The notes below the pieces were generated by a model, which saw only the letters and a program-made list of their open reading frames with translations, was not told the DNA's origin and did no database searches. Position numbers and translations under genes: made by a program. A stretch of DNA of 64,000 nucleotides from contig OZ286459.1 in NCBI GenBank assembly GCA_965644265.1, forward strand, positions 140,554,001-140,618,000, read 5' to 3'. The stretch is from Glycera tridactyla. Its lineage: Eukaryota. This document shows positions 43,336 through 56,879 of the stretch, one piece after another (within the stretch, counting starts at the first letter, position 1; each line of letters starts with the position of its first letter).

Positions 43336-45009
43336 GTATGTAAACATGCACAACAGTCCTCGCTCCGCACACTTCATTTACACACTCTACTTCCAAAGTC
43401 AAATTGGAATTTCAACTATTTAGACTCACACCACGTTTCGAATTTGTTTTGTCTGTCTGCCTGTCTGTCTGTATGTTTGTTATGCAAGGATTCCATTGGG
43501 TCTGACTGTCAGCCAGCCAATCTGTATGACTCTGTGTGTAGGTGTGCGTGTGTGTGTGTGTGTGCGTGTGTGTGTGTGCGCGCGTGTGTGTGTGTGTGTG
43601 TGTGTCTGTCCGTCGTCCGTCTGCCTAATATTCAATCTATCTGTCTCTCTTGCCTGTCTGCCTGTCTGCCTGTCTGCCTGTCTGTCTAATTGTCATTTGA
43701 TCAGCCAGTCAATCATGCACACTGCCAGACTCCAAACACGCACACACGCATGTACACATATACAGTCATACATGAACCAACACAGACGCAGACACATGCA
43801 TCACACTCTCCCGGGATTTGGATGGTAAGTATCGAGTTAATTATTTTGTTGTGGTTACGAGGGGTGATGATGAGCATGGGTGTTCGGGCCACTTTCATCT
43901 GCACCCAACGGCCACACATTGAAAGCTCGGATGATACAGTTTGTCTGCGAACACCATTTCCGCACTACTTATTTCCAGCAAATCCTTCTTCTCAAATCTT
44001 CTAATAATTTATTCTAATACCGATGTCCACTACGAGTAGTCTATCGACACCTGCAGACACTAGTAATGGAGTTGATTCTGAAAATGGTGCACGTGTGAGG
44101 TGGATGGAGGCGATGGGGCTAGCAAATAACTCCTGTGATCAGAGTGGCTCAAGGCATAATTGTCCGATGGCGTGACTGTAAGCGGTTGTTCAAGTTCGCT
44201 CCCGATCACCACCTAGCACACACTTTCACACCAGGCAATATAAATAAATGATGGTCCTGTTCAGCACTCTCTTGTAGGGGATACAGATAAAAAGGAAAAA
44301 CCCCTTCTCATCATTCACGAGAACTTGTGCATATCGCTCCGCCAACTAACAGTTCACAAAGGACAATCACAACTTGATCAAACTGCTATCAGAATTTCAG
44401 GAAATGAACGTACTCCCATCGCTTCTAATTTTGTCATATGAGCTCTTCGCTCAATATAGTCTGCCTGGCATCTGTCCCCAATCAGGTTATATATCTATCA
44501 GTTAGGCAGAAATCTATTCAATGCTCATTGCAATATGAAGCATCGAGAAATGTATGCAGCCGCGGTACTTCAAATGAATTAGTCTTTCATACAGCTTTTG
44601 GGAACTGTGCGTGCGTGCAGATGTGGTGTGGGAAGGAGTCATTGCACTATGGATGATCACTCTGTCAAATCGCTTCAGTTGGGTAGAGCGCCTAATATTG
44701 ACCGTACTACCCAGGCGACCAACTGAAGTAGCAGTGGTAGTGGTAGTGCTAGAGCTAGTGTGAGTGGTGGTGGTTGTAGTAGTAGTAGTAGTAGTGGTAG
44801 TAGTAGTATCAGTAGTAGCAGTGGTAGTGGTAGTGCTAGNNNNNNNNNNNNNNNNNNNNNNNNNNNNNNNNNNNNNNNNNNNNNNNNNNNNNNNNNNNNN
44901 NNNNNNNNNNNNNNNNNNNNNNNNNNNNNNNNNNNNNNNNNNNNNNNNNNNNNNNNNNNNNNNNNNNNTGAAGGTAGTAGTAGTAATAGTAGAAGAAGAA
45001 GAAGAAGAA

Positions 45010-47460
45010 GTAGTAGTAGTAGTAGTAATAAGTAATAAGTAATAAGTGATAAGTAACTTTATTTTTGTGACAAGAGATACATATATATACAACAATTCAT
45101 GATACATAACACGGGCACGTTTCAGTATAATAATAAATCACCCGCCCCTAAATCAGAGGCTATTAGTCACATTTTGATAATAACGGATAATTTCGCTCAA
45201 CTACCTAGTAACATGTTAGTTAACTACTTTGTGACATGTAGTTAATCATATACATCTACATCTAAATATAACATAACATGCATTATGGTGGAAACTGTCA
45301 ACGAAGCATGGCATTAAATGATGTTCCATATTGGTAACATCCAAATAGATAAATAGATAAATACGTAGATAATTGTTTAAGCTCACAGAATACAAATTTG
45401 CTATATAAAGATCGAAGCCTTTTTTTTTCCATTACTTCAGTCATGTTTCAATTACATAATACTTTTTCAATGGCTACACACATGAGTAAATATATAATTC
45501 AAATTCACTATATACACTATTTACATATACAACATAGTACTAATTGGCCCCTATCTCGCTAGCTTGTTGTATCATCAAATATAAAGTATAAGTAGGAGAT
45601 TGATGTTCATAATGATAATAATACAAATACTAATGGTAGTAATAATGATAATACACTGATCTAGTTTTCGGGGAGCATTAGGAGTTCCATGTCTGGCATT
45701 TGAGCATGGATACAAGATACTTATAGGAAAATATACGTGCAATGCATAAGTCACATAGGATGCATATGATAGGAGCCATCTTTATACTGTCACGTGCTAA
45801 CCCTCCTGTGTATACATACAGTTCTTTCTTGCATCCAACATGTTTGTGAGACCAAATGCAAATTGTTTGATGAGTTTCGAGTTTATGATTCTCTTAATAT
45901 CATCAAGGTTATCAAAGCTAATAGTATGGTCTTCTTTCTTAAGGCTGATGATCTAATCATTTCTTTCTTCTCTGATGGCATTGCATTTTAGCAGAAAGTG
46001 TTCCTCATCTTCCACCACACTTTCGTTGCAATATTGACAAAGCCTGTTTTCAACTGGTACAGCCTTAAACCTGCCTGTTTCTATTGCCAGCGGTGGTATA
46101 CCAGACTTCAGTTTACATATATCACTTCTGTGGAGCAAGGGCAGATTTGCACCCACTACGGGTCTTGATTTTGACCTGTCGTGAATTTCCAGAAAGGTTC
46201 TTAACTCATCTCTCCCACACGCCTCTACCCACAGGCGATCATTGTTCAGGCTGGTTAAGCTTGCACAAAGCAAATCAAGATCAATTTCAGTTCCGATATC
46301 AACATCAGGGTCCATATTTGCACATGATAGATTTGCTTAAGTTCATTGGCTCAACCATTCAAATTTAATGATAGCTCCCACTTAAAGACAATCTGAGGTA
46401 GCCGGTGTGGGTCCATTTTTGAGATTCTATTAAAATAGCGTGCCATCTCAATCCATCGTTTGAATTAACATCCATCCAATTCATTTCTATCTGGGAGGAC
46501 ACAACCGGCATGAATTTGTGTACTCCCAGATAGAAACGTATAATACGATTTTGCAAAACTCGAGGATCATTGTAATCCTTAAAACCCCACACTCCAGATG
46601 CATAGTTCATTATTGATAATACATAAGTATCGTATAGAGTTTCATATGTATGGATGCCCATGTTTTCAAGCTTCCAGAACAAAGCAATGATTCTGCCGAA
46701 TGAACGGGACCCAGCAGCTGAGAGGGCGTCTGCAGATGATTTAAATGACAACGTTTCGTTGATTAAAATACCTGAATATTTGTAATCTTCCACGTAGTCC
46801 AATTGTTGTCCACAGCAAAACAGGGGTTTGATACATCTGGGTCTCTGGTGGTTACGTACATGGACAGTCTGGGATTTTTTCTGGTTGATGGACATTTTCC
46901 ATTGTCTACACCATGATGTCATTACATTCAATTGTTGCTGGGCTTTTTCCTGCGAACTTGACAATAGGACTATATCATCAGCATATAAGGGTAATGATAA
47001 TTGAACCCCTTCCATATATATACCGGCATCACATGCATTCATCTCAGGCACCAAATCATCGATAAGAATTGCAAATAGCAATGGGCTTAGTGAGTCTCCT
47101 TGGCGTACCCCAGAGGTGATAGGGAACCAGTCCGACAAGTGGCCATCAAGTTGCACACAGCTTTGTGGATCCGGGTATATGCGCTTGATAGCGTGGTAGA
47201 TGTCTCCGTTCAATTTTTTCTCTAATAATTTAGCAAATAAAAACTTGTGCGTCACATAATCGAATGCTTTCGAAAAGTCAATAAACGAGAAACGTTTCCT
47301 GCCTCACTCTGCATATGCTTGATAAAGTATATATATGATCCAGGCAGGAGCGTTTCTCACGGAAACCATTTTGTTCATTCGATAACATACTTTCCTTTTC
47401 TAAAAAACTTGATAATCGATTGGAGATTGCTGCTGTGTACAACTTGCTGACTTGCAACTT
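45010..47460 (-). mobile_element. 5'-truncated non-LTR retrotransposon (RT plus C-terminal CCHC region; clade uncertain, RTEX/CR1-group-like), antisense in the last intron
   Basis: Motifs VSKLYTAAISNRL, EQNGFREKRSCLDHI, FIDFSKAFD, GVRQGDSLSPLLF, LYADDIVLL, YKYSGILI and LAIETGRF...CQYC...EDEEHFLLKC, with frameshifts. 3' end has AATAAA (45058-45063) and a (TACTTAT)n(TAC)n tail; the 5' end abuts (TAC)n at 47461-47513. Confidence 0.92.
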
Positions 47461-47505
<45 letters not shown>

Positions 47506-47768
47506 CTAGTAGTAATAGATCATGTCNNNNNNNNNNNNNNNNNNNNNNNNNNNNNNNNNNNNNNNNNNNNNNNNNNNNNNNNNNNNNNNNNNNNNNNNNN
47601 NNNNNNNNNNNNNNNNNNNNNNNNNNNNNNNNNNNNNNNNNNNNNNNNNNNNNNNNNNNNNNNNNNNNNNNNNNNNNAGTAGATCATGTCGTCCCATTGT
47701 TTTCTATGTCGATCATTGTGGAAAAAAGACTGTATGAACAAGTTTATTCACTGTCATCTATATTGCAG

Positions 47769-48147
47769 GCGATATGGTCAACCAAGCAAGAAGAAAGAGC
47801 CGTGTGTGGTGGAAAACAAGCCTATAGTGTCACACAGCAGACATCCTAGTACGGATAACAGCCGCCAGAGTGCACATATGCGTGAATCATATACTCATCC
47901 ACCAGTCGAAGACCGCTATCCCGTCCAACCTCTAGCGCGACCTAGCGGCGTCGCCTTGGACTTTCATACGTACCCGCGGCCGGTAGGGCCGCCACCTCCG
48001 CCACCACCCAATGCTCAGCCCGGGGAAGCTTTCATGAGGGCCATGGCGACACTGGAATCAGAGACTTACTATGGTAGTTCTGGCATTTCGTCTTTATCTA
48101 CGTTCAATCCCAGATCACATATATACGAAAGTCCTAATTTCACGTGA
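47769..48147 (+). CDS. Terminal coding exon: Tyr- and Pro-rich cytoplasmic tail
   Basis: Acceptor tattgcag|G matches the phase-2 donor at 43335. Encodes RYGQPSKKKEP...YTHPP...YPVQP...HTYPRPVGPPPPPPP...TYYGSSG...SHIYESPNFT, ending at TGA 48145-48147. Confidence 0.85.
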
Positions 48148-51100
48148 TAGCTCTTAGATAAAAAAATATTTGCTCGAATTTTTACCCTGAACTGTGATTG
48201 TGACTATATATTATCATCATCCATTTTGATCCTATGAAGATAGGACCATCTGCGTGAAGGATATAAATGTGTATCACATTGGTACCAATGTATAGTAGGA
48301 AGGTATTCAGCTTCATGTGCACATATATCCTTATATGTCCGCGTATGTATATAGTCCCCCGTACATCCTACAATTCGTTACCACCTAAATATACCCACTC
48401 AGTCCAACCACCTTGCTCACAGCATTACACTCATCTTCATGTGCGAGTGAAGTCTCTGAGTATGGATCATAAAGGCCATTGCCGCATCCGGTTCTCACTC
48501 AATCAGAATGACGGCGAACCCTGAATAGTGAAAAAAATCCCCGATGACGTTCCACACAGTTCAATTTCCACAAGTACACTCAATCCACATTGTACATGTA
48601 TTTGCAGAGGAATCCCAGTATCAAGGCAATTCGGAATCGTGCCCGCCTCTTCCTAGCCAGATCATGGAGTTCGAGATGAATATGTGATATTAAAAGATTC
48701 ATTCAAAGTTCCCTGAGCAAGACTTGTACTAAGGAAGGGATGCCAACATATCTTGTTTATTGCACCAGAGTATGCCCAACTATTTTTTACCCTTGCTCCA
48801 AGCAGACAGTTTTGATCCATTATCCGGCCTCATGCCCTGGACAAGTCTAGGAAAATCATACTCCCATGCTGCACGACCACTGTATGCAGAGATTCAGATT
48901 GTTGGTGGGCCCGGGGCCGGGCCCTCGGCCCTCCCTTTTGTCTTTTCGGTCTAGCGATATCTCCTACTATGGGTCAACTGGCAGAGCTCCTCTGGGCCTA
49001 TTCAACATGGATATCTAGGAAATGGACCTCCATTTTATATGATGGCCCATGATATATCCAGTTAATGGGTCACAGGGACCCTCCAACCAGGAAATCTGGA
49101 GCCCTGGGTACGAATTCACTATATGAATGGTTCTCAGCAATCAAGGCGAAGTATTGATTTCTCACATTTCGGAAACTCTCTGAAACTCACCCTAAATTCA
49201 TCCACATATTATGTCGCGGTTTGTCCATGAATGACTAGATTTGGATGATGCGAGTGAGAAACCAATTGATGCTTTAATGTCACGGGAGATCGAGGGCTCA
49301 GATGTTGGCGTTTACACTCTATATTAGCTCTCTGTGAGTGGCTCTCAGCGGGTAGCCCGAGGCTCAAGATCAAAGGACGCTTTTAACCAAGTTTTTATAA
49401 TGTACACCCGTGTATCATCTAATGGACACTAACTCTACATCTTCGAGATCGCGATCTGTCAAGCATTCCTCTCTGTACTGGAGATACGTACGCTGGCCAG
49501 GTGGTCTAGGCCAGGGCACAGGTGTTAATGAAAAGATAAGGAAGTGTTGATCTGCCCGCATGGACCTACTAATACCGAAATTTGCTCCATTCCGTCATAT
49601 CGAGTTCAAAGTTCCATTCATCCTTTACCTCAGCTCAATTTGTGTAATATCGGGTCGCCCGTGCAATTGTATTGGGAAGGATAATTCAAGACGCCCCTCC
49701 GGACCCTAAACGTAGCACCCACTAGGGACATCACGATGTCAAATGTACCTCGTGAAATCAGTAATAGCTAAAACGGTGTGCGTGTCATTTGATTTAATGG
49801 TGATCAAAACACGCGATGATTGTCTCCTATTCATTCGACACTTCCATGACATTGAACCTTTTTTTATGGCGCAATTCATCAGGTGAAACACAAGTCTGAT
49901 TGGACCGTACCTACTCTTATTACTGCTGATTGTCCTTGACAAGTGACAATGGTGAATGGACCAAGGTGGTGTTAATTCTTTTTCAATGATCATTCAATAT
50001 GAATATAATTGATCCCATCTTTACATTTGGATTAGTGAGAATATGGTATAACTTTAATGGGTGATTGACCACGACTATCTACGAATGATGTTCATACAGG
50101 TTTGCCATCAATTTCCAGCTCAACCGAATGCCTCAAGATGGACAAGCAAGAAATCCATCCAGCGAATTATGAAAATATTATCCAACTATATTGTCGAATT
50201 ATTCCACCAGACGGTGTGGTGTGTATCTTTCGACCAATTCGAGGAAGGCCTCTGAAAAATACAGTCAAATCTGTCCTAAGGAGCCAACCGTAGGGAGGAC
50301 CCAAAATAAATGCTTTTGACAGGTGGGTGCGTTGCACTGGGGAATCATAGTGAGAAAATCCGTCTTTGTGAGTTGAAATGTGGCTGTGCAGGACAGGTGT
50401 CTGCTTGGTACATTGGCTACCTAGGACAGATTCGACTGTATGACTACAGGCAGAGTCTCTTGATCCGTGGTTGTTACTCTTTATAGGCCAAGTGTAAATG
50501 TTACCTCAATGACTGTTCATTAAAAACGTGTAATTTTGAAATCACGTGCGTTCTTTTGATTTCATAAAAGGAGTGGGAAGGATGGGAGTAAAAAACACTT
50601 TTCCGAGAACAGCATGGGTTACAGATTTTCTATGATGAGTATTCCAGGAATTCGAATTGATGATGTCCAGTTCGAACGGCATGGGCTTCTCATCGGAAAC
50701 CATTATTCATAGCCAAGTTGCACAAGGCTATGATATCCTCTCCTCATTGAAGGCGCACATTGTGTTCATCGTGATTTAGTTGATCAAAGCGCCACCCCGA
50801 GCGCCACCTGAGACTGCTCCCCACGCCTGCCACCTATCTCATGCTCCGAGCATTGCTAGTTATCAAATTGACCAACAGGAAGTTTTCTCCATATCTTTTA
50901 CCTTCGCTGTCCGTACGTCATTGTGATAATTCATTTGGTGAGGCGGAAACAATGCAGTATACCTACCAGTGATAATTTCCCTCCCCTAAATAGATATCAC
51001 CATCATCATAATTATCAGCTCTTATTCTGTCATATGTCAGTTGCTTTCACATTAGAAGCAAATTCGATTTCATAAGTTTGAGATTAGTCACAACCAGTGC

Positions 51101-51705
51101 ATGGATCGTCTTTGGAAACTGGGGAAGCAGTTGAAAACTAGGGTTATTCACCGCCCCCCCCCCCTACATTCATAGACAGGAAGGGCCATGAGGAGAATCG
51201 GTTTTAGTCGGTCGCCTTATTATGATCTCTTAAAGGGCTCTAGAGGTGAAGCTGGAAAATCATCGCGACTCCCCAAAAAGCAACAAAAGCCACTCTTTAC
51301 ATTGGTTCAACATGGGTTGACAAACAATATCCTGTCTGTACACCATGTTTGAGAACACATTCTGTTTCCAACTTGAACATGTTCAAGATTCTGTGTAATC
51401 GAGAAGTATTTTATGCCCTGGGAACGTTCAGCTTCAAATGTGTTGATGATAGTGCGTATGGGCTCAATGCAATCATACCCTGCAAACAAATTACATGAGG
51501 AGCCTCAAATTAAAATGGCGGGTGACTCGATGCAATAGCACTAACCACATATCAGCGCAGTTAAATTACAATAGCGGCAGTTTCGGACTAGTGCAACAAG
51601 TCAAGAACAATTAATATGCATCCGTCATCATTGGTTCATCTCGGTACTCACTCACTGCTATTGCCCTACAGAGAGTATACCTTATCGAACCAGACTTGAG
51701 CTGAA

Positions 51706-52000
51706 TGTCAAATCCAAATGTGGCGGGTCCGCTTCACGCGATATATTGACCATTTTTCGTCTGATCTAAGTTTCAATGGCACAAATCATCAAACTTGGTT
51801 TCATACAGTCTGCATGCGTTTGAGGGGGTTACGCCGTCATTTTATGGTATTTTCCGGCAAATCCGCTGGCATTATCGCCTAGATCACATTTGTTGTCGCC
51901 GGGGATATCTACAATTTCTGTCAGTGCGCTCCGTTTCAATGCGACGTAAATTCGCGATGCTAGGGCGAAAAACGTACCTGTCACGGCTGAGCGTGATAGA
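51706..52000 (+). repeat. Dispersed non-coding repeat family, copy 2 (related to 30440-30831)
   Basis: Shares a 22-nt identical block and a ~45-nt near-identical block with copy 1. Confidence 0.8.
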
Positions 52001-53732
52001 CTTCACCATACAATCACGGTGGAATCAACAGTAGGACACATCTTGGATGTGCATAAACAGTGCATGATAAATTCAAACTGACGACAAACGCGGATTACAT
52101 ATCCTTGGGATAAAATCAAATACATGTACATTTTACTCCGGTTGAGCATCAAGATATGAAGGTGGTCGTGGCACCTATCTCGAGATCAATGCATGTTCAA
52201 TTGTGGTGGCAGTGGTTGCAGTGGTTGTGGAGGTAGTGTTGTTGGTGGTGGTGGTGGTGGCGGGGGTGGTAATAGATGTGAATGCCTGTTTGAACTGATT
52301 ATGTGCATCAGACAGATTCAGGACCAGGTGTGCCCTTTCCAGCAAAAAACCCACTTCCAGAATATGTGAATACATATGGATGAACTAAATAAACACCAAC
52401 AATCTAGAAGCATCTTATTTGAACATGCTTGCCAACTATGTAGACGCTAAACCCATCAAGATTCATTATGTCTGAAAATGTGGGAAAGAAAAAGGTTCAC
52501 AGTGTCGTTCGATCACACAGAATATTTTTGTAGTAGTGATCATCAGCTAATATCCCAGAGCGGAGTATTTGCCTTCACACGATATCCTACTGATATAATA
52601 TATATTCTTCATGATAAAAAAAACTGTAATTTTGATGGAGGGTCCCATGGAGTATAGGACCACTTAACGTCAATGCGGCCATGTCAAAACACATTCACTC
52701 GTCATTTCATCAGCATGGAAGCAACTCACAAACAACTGCCATGTAGGTAGTGTCTTTGTCATACACCGGATGTGGTATGAAATCATACCTCAGATGTGGC
52801 CATTGCCACATTTTTGAAGCATCATGACATTTGAATTAACTGTATGGCACGTGCCTCTCTCATGAGGGCGGTGATCAAAAAGACGGTAATTGTGTCTATT
52901 TGTGAGTTTTTTTAATATGAATTAGTGTATATCTCTCCTTTTTCATCAAGATGGTCAGTGATGGTGATGGTGGTGGTGGTAAATACAGTAAACCAGTACT
53001 TATATTTTCGTGACCAGAAACAACATCTTTACAATACAATTTCATATGTTATTCATATACTATATACACATATCAAGTTTATATTATTCAGCAATTATTA
53101 TAATAAAGTACATTTATCTTTGCATATACATTTCATGTTTCCAGCCCCAAAAGAGTCACATTGGCTATTCATATATTTCTGTCCACTATTAGGCGTATAT
53201 GAAGCGAGTTACGATCATTTACCACGTACAATTAGGTTCATATACAATATACGATTGTCATGATATAATTGGTGGTGTTTCCACATGACTTCAATAAGAA
53301 TAACAATAACGATGGAGAGGATGAGCATTTGTCGGCAATACCTCTTTACAACCACACGAGAAACCAAGTTGATATCCATTACTATATGTGATTAGCTCGG
53401 TGATCCTGACATACAACGTGATATCAATTTACACTATTCACAATATATACATCAAATTTTGTGATTCATTCATATTGAGTAATTTCGCTAAACTGGCTAC
53501 TGAAAGGGGGGTATAAGCCAGTTTTACCTTGTGTTACTATATACTATATTGGTCCATTGAGTTCTAATTCTCTTCACTATTTCGAGTTGGGGTTGTTAGA
53601 GAATAATACTAATAACAGTTTTACGACAACAATGGTAATTTTTAGTGGAGAGAGATGTGATGGTGATGGTGCTTATGGTGAAAACCAGGGGATTTCCACG
53701 TGATACTGTTATCAGGCTGGGGGTTGTTCATA

Positions 53733-53805
53733 CATCAGATGCCTCCGTTTCCGGTGGGCACCCCTCAGTCTCAAAGGATACAGACGCGTTAGTCGGCTTG
53801 TACAT
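53733..53805 (+). repeat. DIRS left inverted terminal repeat (73 nt)
   Basis: 53733-53779 is the exact reverse complement of ICR 61449-61495 (47/47). 53772-53805 is complementary to 61640-61673 (33/34). Confidence 0.93.
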
Positions 53806-54777
53806 CCAGTACGAGTTACGGCTTTGTACAGCTCACACGCTCCACGAGCGGCTCCTGCCACGGCGGGCTGGCCAAGCTCTTCCCTCCGAAAGAAGGGTTT
53901 GGCTAACACAGGCCTGGGTTGCCCAGACCTGAGTGAGAAACTACCCTTTTCGAGAGTACTCCTCTCGATATCACAGGGTTTAATTCTAGCAGGAGTACGC
54001 CTCCTGCACTTAGATATACCTCTCCCTAAAAGAGTCGCTTGCCTCTATGTGAGAGGAGAAAAGGGTTTTTTTCCGGCATCTCATAAGAGTACCCCTCTTA
54101 TTCTCAGCCTTCTTCACCGCTCTAGGTGGGACTACACTCGTGGTCTCTTAGTGCCATGGGGCGATCTACCCCATGTATCGTGCTTAGAATGATGATTGAC
54201 GGTGGTGAACGAGTTTTCTCTCGTACAAACCAGTCTGGGCTATAGGAGGAGAGGAAGAAAATTTTCAAACCGGGGTTTTTTAGGCCCTGCCTTTTACACC
54301 AATCCTGGGAATTTTCTTAAACCGCTGGAAATCTGGTACAACAATTTTCCGACGGGGAAAAAATGAGAAATTCTCTGTTTCCCGATAGAGGGCGAATTTT
54401 CCTTTCCGAGCAGCCATAATTTCAGGCCTGGAAGTGGGCCACACAACATGCTGCACGACAGGCGAGGTTTTTTCCCGCCGTCGGTTTTTTCCAGACATAA
54501 CAATAATGGCGTGGCGGGTGGCCCCAGAATGACCTGGATCGGGACCAGGTGCTCGGCAGGGGGGGGGGAGAGATCAACCGTCGAGTGTGAAGCGACGACA
54601 GCCTTGTCTACGCCGAACCCCCCCCCCACATCGCTTCCCTAAATCCCTGAAAGGAAGAAACCCAACTACGACCACTCCTGACTTGACGGCCGAGTTGTCC
54701 GCATGGAGTTTTTTCCCAACCTTGCCAAACGTTTCTGTTCACGGTGAGAACCGGACCTTACTTTCACTTCACGCGAT

Positions 54778-56841
54778 ATGGAGACTCACAGGGAGGAGGA
54801 TACCCATGGTGATAGAGATTTTGAGTCATTAAGGCCAAAACGTAAAGCACAATTTGTGAGTGAGAAAATGCGCAAAAGTAGACGTGTCACTGCCTCTGAC
54901 CTTCCGTTAGCGGAATCCGCAGATAGCGCAATGCAGCCCGAGGGCATTGTATTGAATGATTTGCCAGATGAATTAGCCTTGGAGAGACCTGCCTCTCCTA
55001 ATTTACCATCGGATGCGTCGGCGGCTTTAATGCAAGCTTACGCGGAAGCGGAGACCTCGCTCGCGAAGGCAGCGGCCGAGCAGACACCGCAGAACACTGA
55101 CGACCAGGATTTGACCGTCACCGAGACGATCTCGGCAGTCGAGAATTTATTGCGCTCACAGGCAGCTATTGCCGAAACACGTGCTAACTAGACACAGTTA
55201 GAACAGAATGTCCGTGGGGAGAAATCATGTGTACCAGGACAGGGGCAACTTGGCCCAAGCTTAGAAGAAGCCCGGAAAGAGGCGATTCGGTCAGAGCTTG
55301 AACCATTCAAGTTACAGATGTCTGAAATCCTCTCCCAGATTTCACAGGACTCAGCCAATTCTCAGACCGTTTCCCCATCTCAGAAAACAGGGGACACTGG
55401 CAAACCGAGCCAAGAGGCGGCGCCCAGTACTTCTGGGACTAGGATCCCGCCGAGCCAGACAATAGAACACAAGGTGTCTTCCTCGGAGGAGGAAGATGAG
55501 GGAGAGTCAGATGACCCCTTTGATTATGTCAACCAGTTTGAAGATATTTCGGAGGACGAGGCTATTAATGACCTCTCAGTCCTGAGAGCTAAAGCGATTG
55601 TAGCCAAGAAAGGGGTTAGAAACAGGACCAGGGCTATCCCTTTAAGCAGTGATGAATTGGACCTCCCATCAGACCCCAGACCGCCGATAAGTCCAGATGA
55701 AACACCGATGGATCTGCCCACTGTTAATTTCATGCGGCGCAAAGACTATACACAGAAAAACAAGGCGGCCGCTAAGCAGTCCTCGGGTCAAATGGAGGCC
55801 AGAAATACTAATTCCCCACTGACCCAGATTCTCACTGGGGGGCCTTACCATGATCAAACCAAACTAACCGAGAAATTGCTGGAATTGGTGCGTGCCACGC
55901 AGACACGTGCCCCACCCATGTCTCCCACGCCGTCCATATCTGCACGGACACCTAACATCGCGCCACTTGCCTTGGCCGTTGTAGACGCGCAAGCCGTGCA
56001 GGCCGACGGAATCGCAGAATCAGCCCTAAATAGGGACATCCTAGAATTATTGGCGGGAACCGATGACGATTATCTCGAGGAGGGCAAACCGGGACCGCCC
56101 GTTGCGGAGAAGCTGGCGGCGAAAATAACTGAGATGCTTTCCACTAAAGTTCAGAAGGAGTGCATGGACTCCCATTTGAAACCGATCCTATTTCCCCAAA
56201 ATATCGAAGCGCTGAAACCGCCGAAGATTAATTTAGAAATATGGGCAAAGTTGGAAGACTCCGCACGCATGGCTGATACTAGAAAACGCCAGACACAATT
56301 ATTGATTTCGAAAGGTATCACACCGATCATTTTGATTCTGAATGACCTATTGTCCAAGACACCGTTCTCAAACACTGAATTGGCGAACAGACTGTTGAGC
56401 AGCATTCAACTCCTGGCGGCTGCGGCCATTGAACTCACGCTGATCAGGCGCACGGCTATGAGACCGCCCTTGGGACCGCTCAGGCTACTCTGCAGTAGAC
56501 GTATCCCCTTTTCTCAGCTATTATTTGGGGATGTCACCAAAGAGCTTAGAGAAGTGGCGGAGGCCTAGTCCATTACGGAAAGAATAAATCGTTTTGATAG
56601 GGGGGGTGGGAGCAGGAGGGGAAGGGGGGGGAGCAGGAACAGGGGCCGGGCAAGGGGGGCTTATAACGACAGCAATTTCTCGAGCCATGCGAACCCGACT
56701 AGCGACAGGGGCAGAGGCAGAGGTCAGTCGAAACCTTTTGAAAACGTAACACCAGAATCCTCCTCCCTCTTGGGTGACCAACCGCAACAACACTTCGCCT
56801 ACAAGAACAGACTTGGGCAGCGAGGAGGGAGACAGAAGTAG
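54778..56841 (+). pseudogene. DIRS ORF1 (gag-like), ~687 codons with two in-frame TAG stops and an RGG-rich C-terminus
   Basis: ORFs 54778..55191 and 55318..56568 are in the same frame, separated by TAG 55189-55191. Reading past TAG 56566-56568 gives SITERINRFDRGGGSRRGRGGSRNRGRARG...GQRGGRQK* (56839-56841). The LKPPKINLEIW...D.RKRQTQ...KGITP segment resembles DIRS gag proteins. Confidence 0.82.
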
Positions 56842-56879
56842 ATTGCTGGCACAACTCGCCTTGTCTCATCATGTCTCAG

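Noticed and set aside
47514-47690. Direct repeat TAGATCATGTC on both sides of an N-gap as a target-site duplication
   Set aside because: More likely overlapping contig ends around a collapsed (GTA)n tract, that is, an assembly artefact.
19-47741. Track ORFs made of X runs or homopolymeric residues (for example 19-572, 3886-4385, 13120-13602, 21070-21768, 25199-26246, 34784-35597, 42330-42809, 44514-45107)
   Set aside because: They arise from N-gaps and microsatellites and show no coding signal.
54506-54832. An upstream ORF in the DIRS 5' leader
   Set aside because: Any long frame depends on the lengths of G and C homopolymers, and there is no consistent codon bias or motif.
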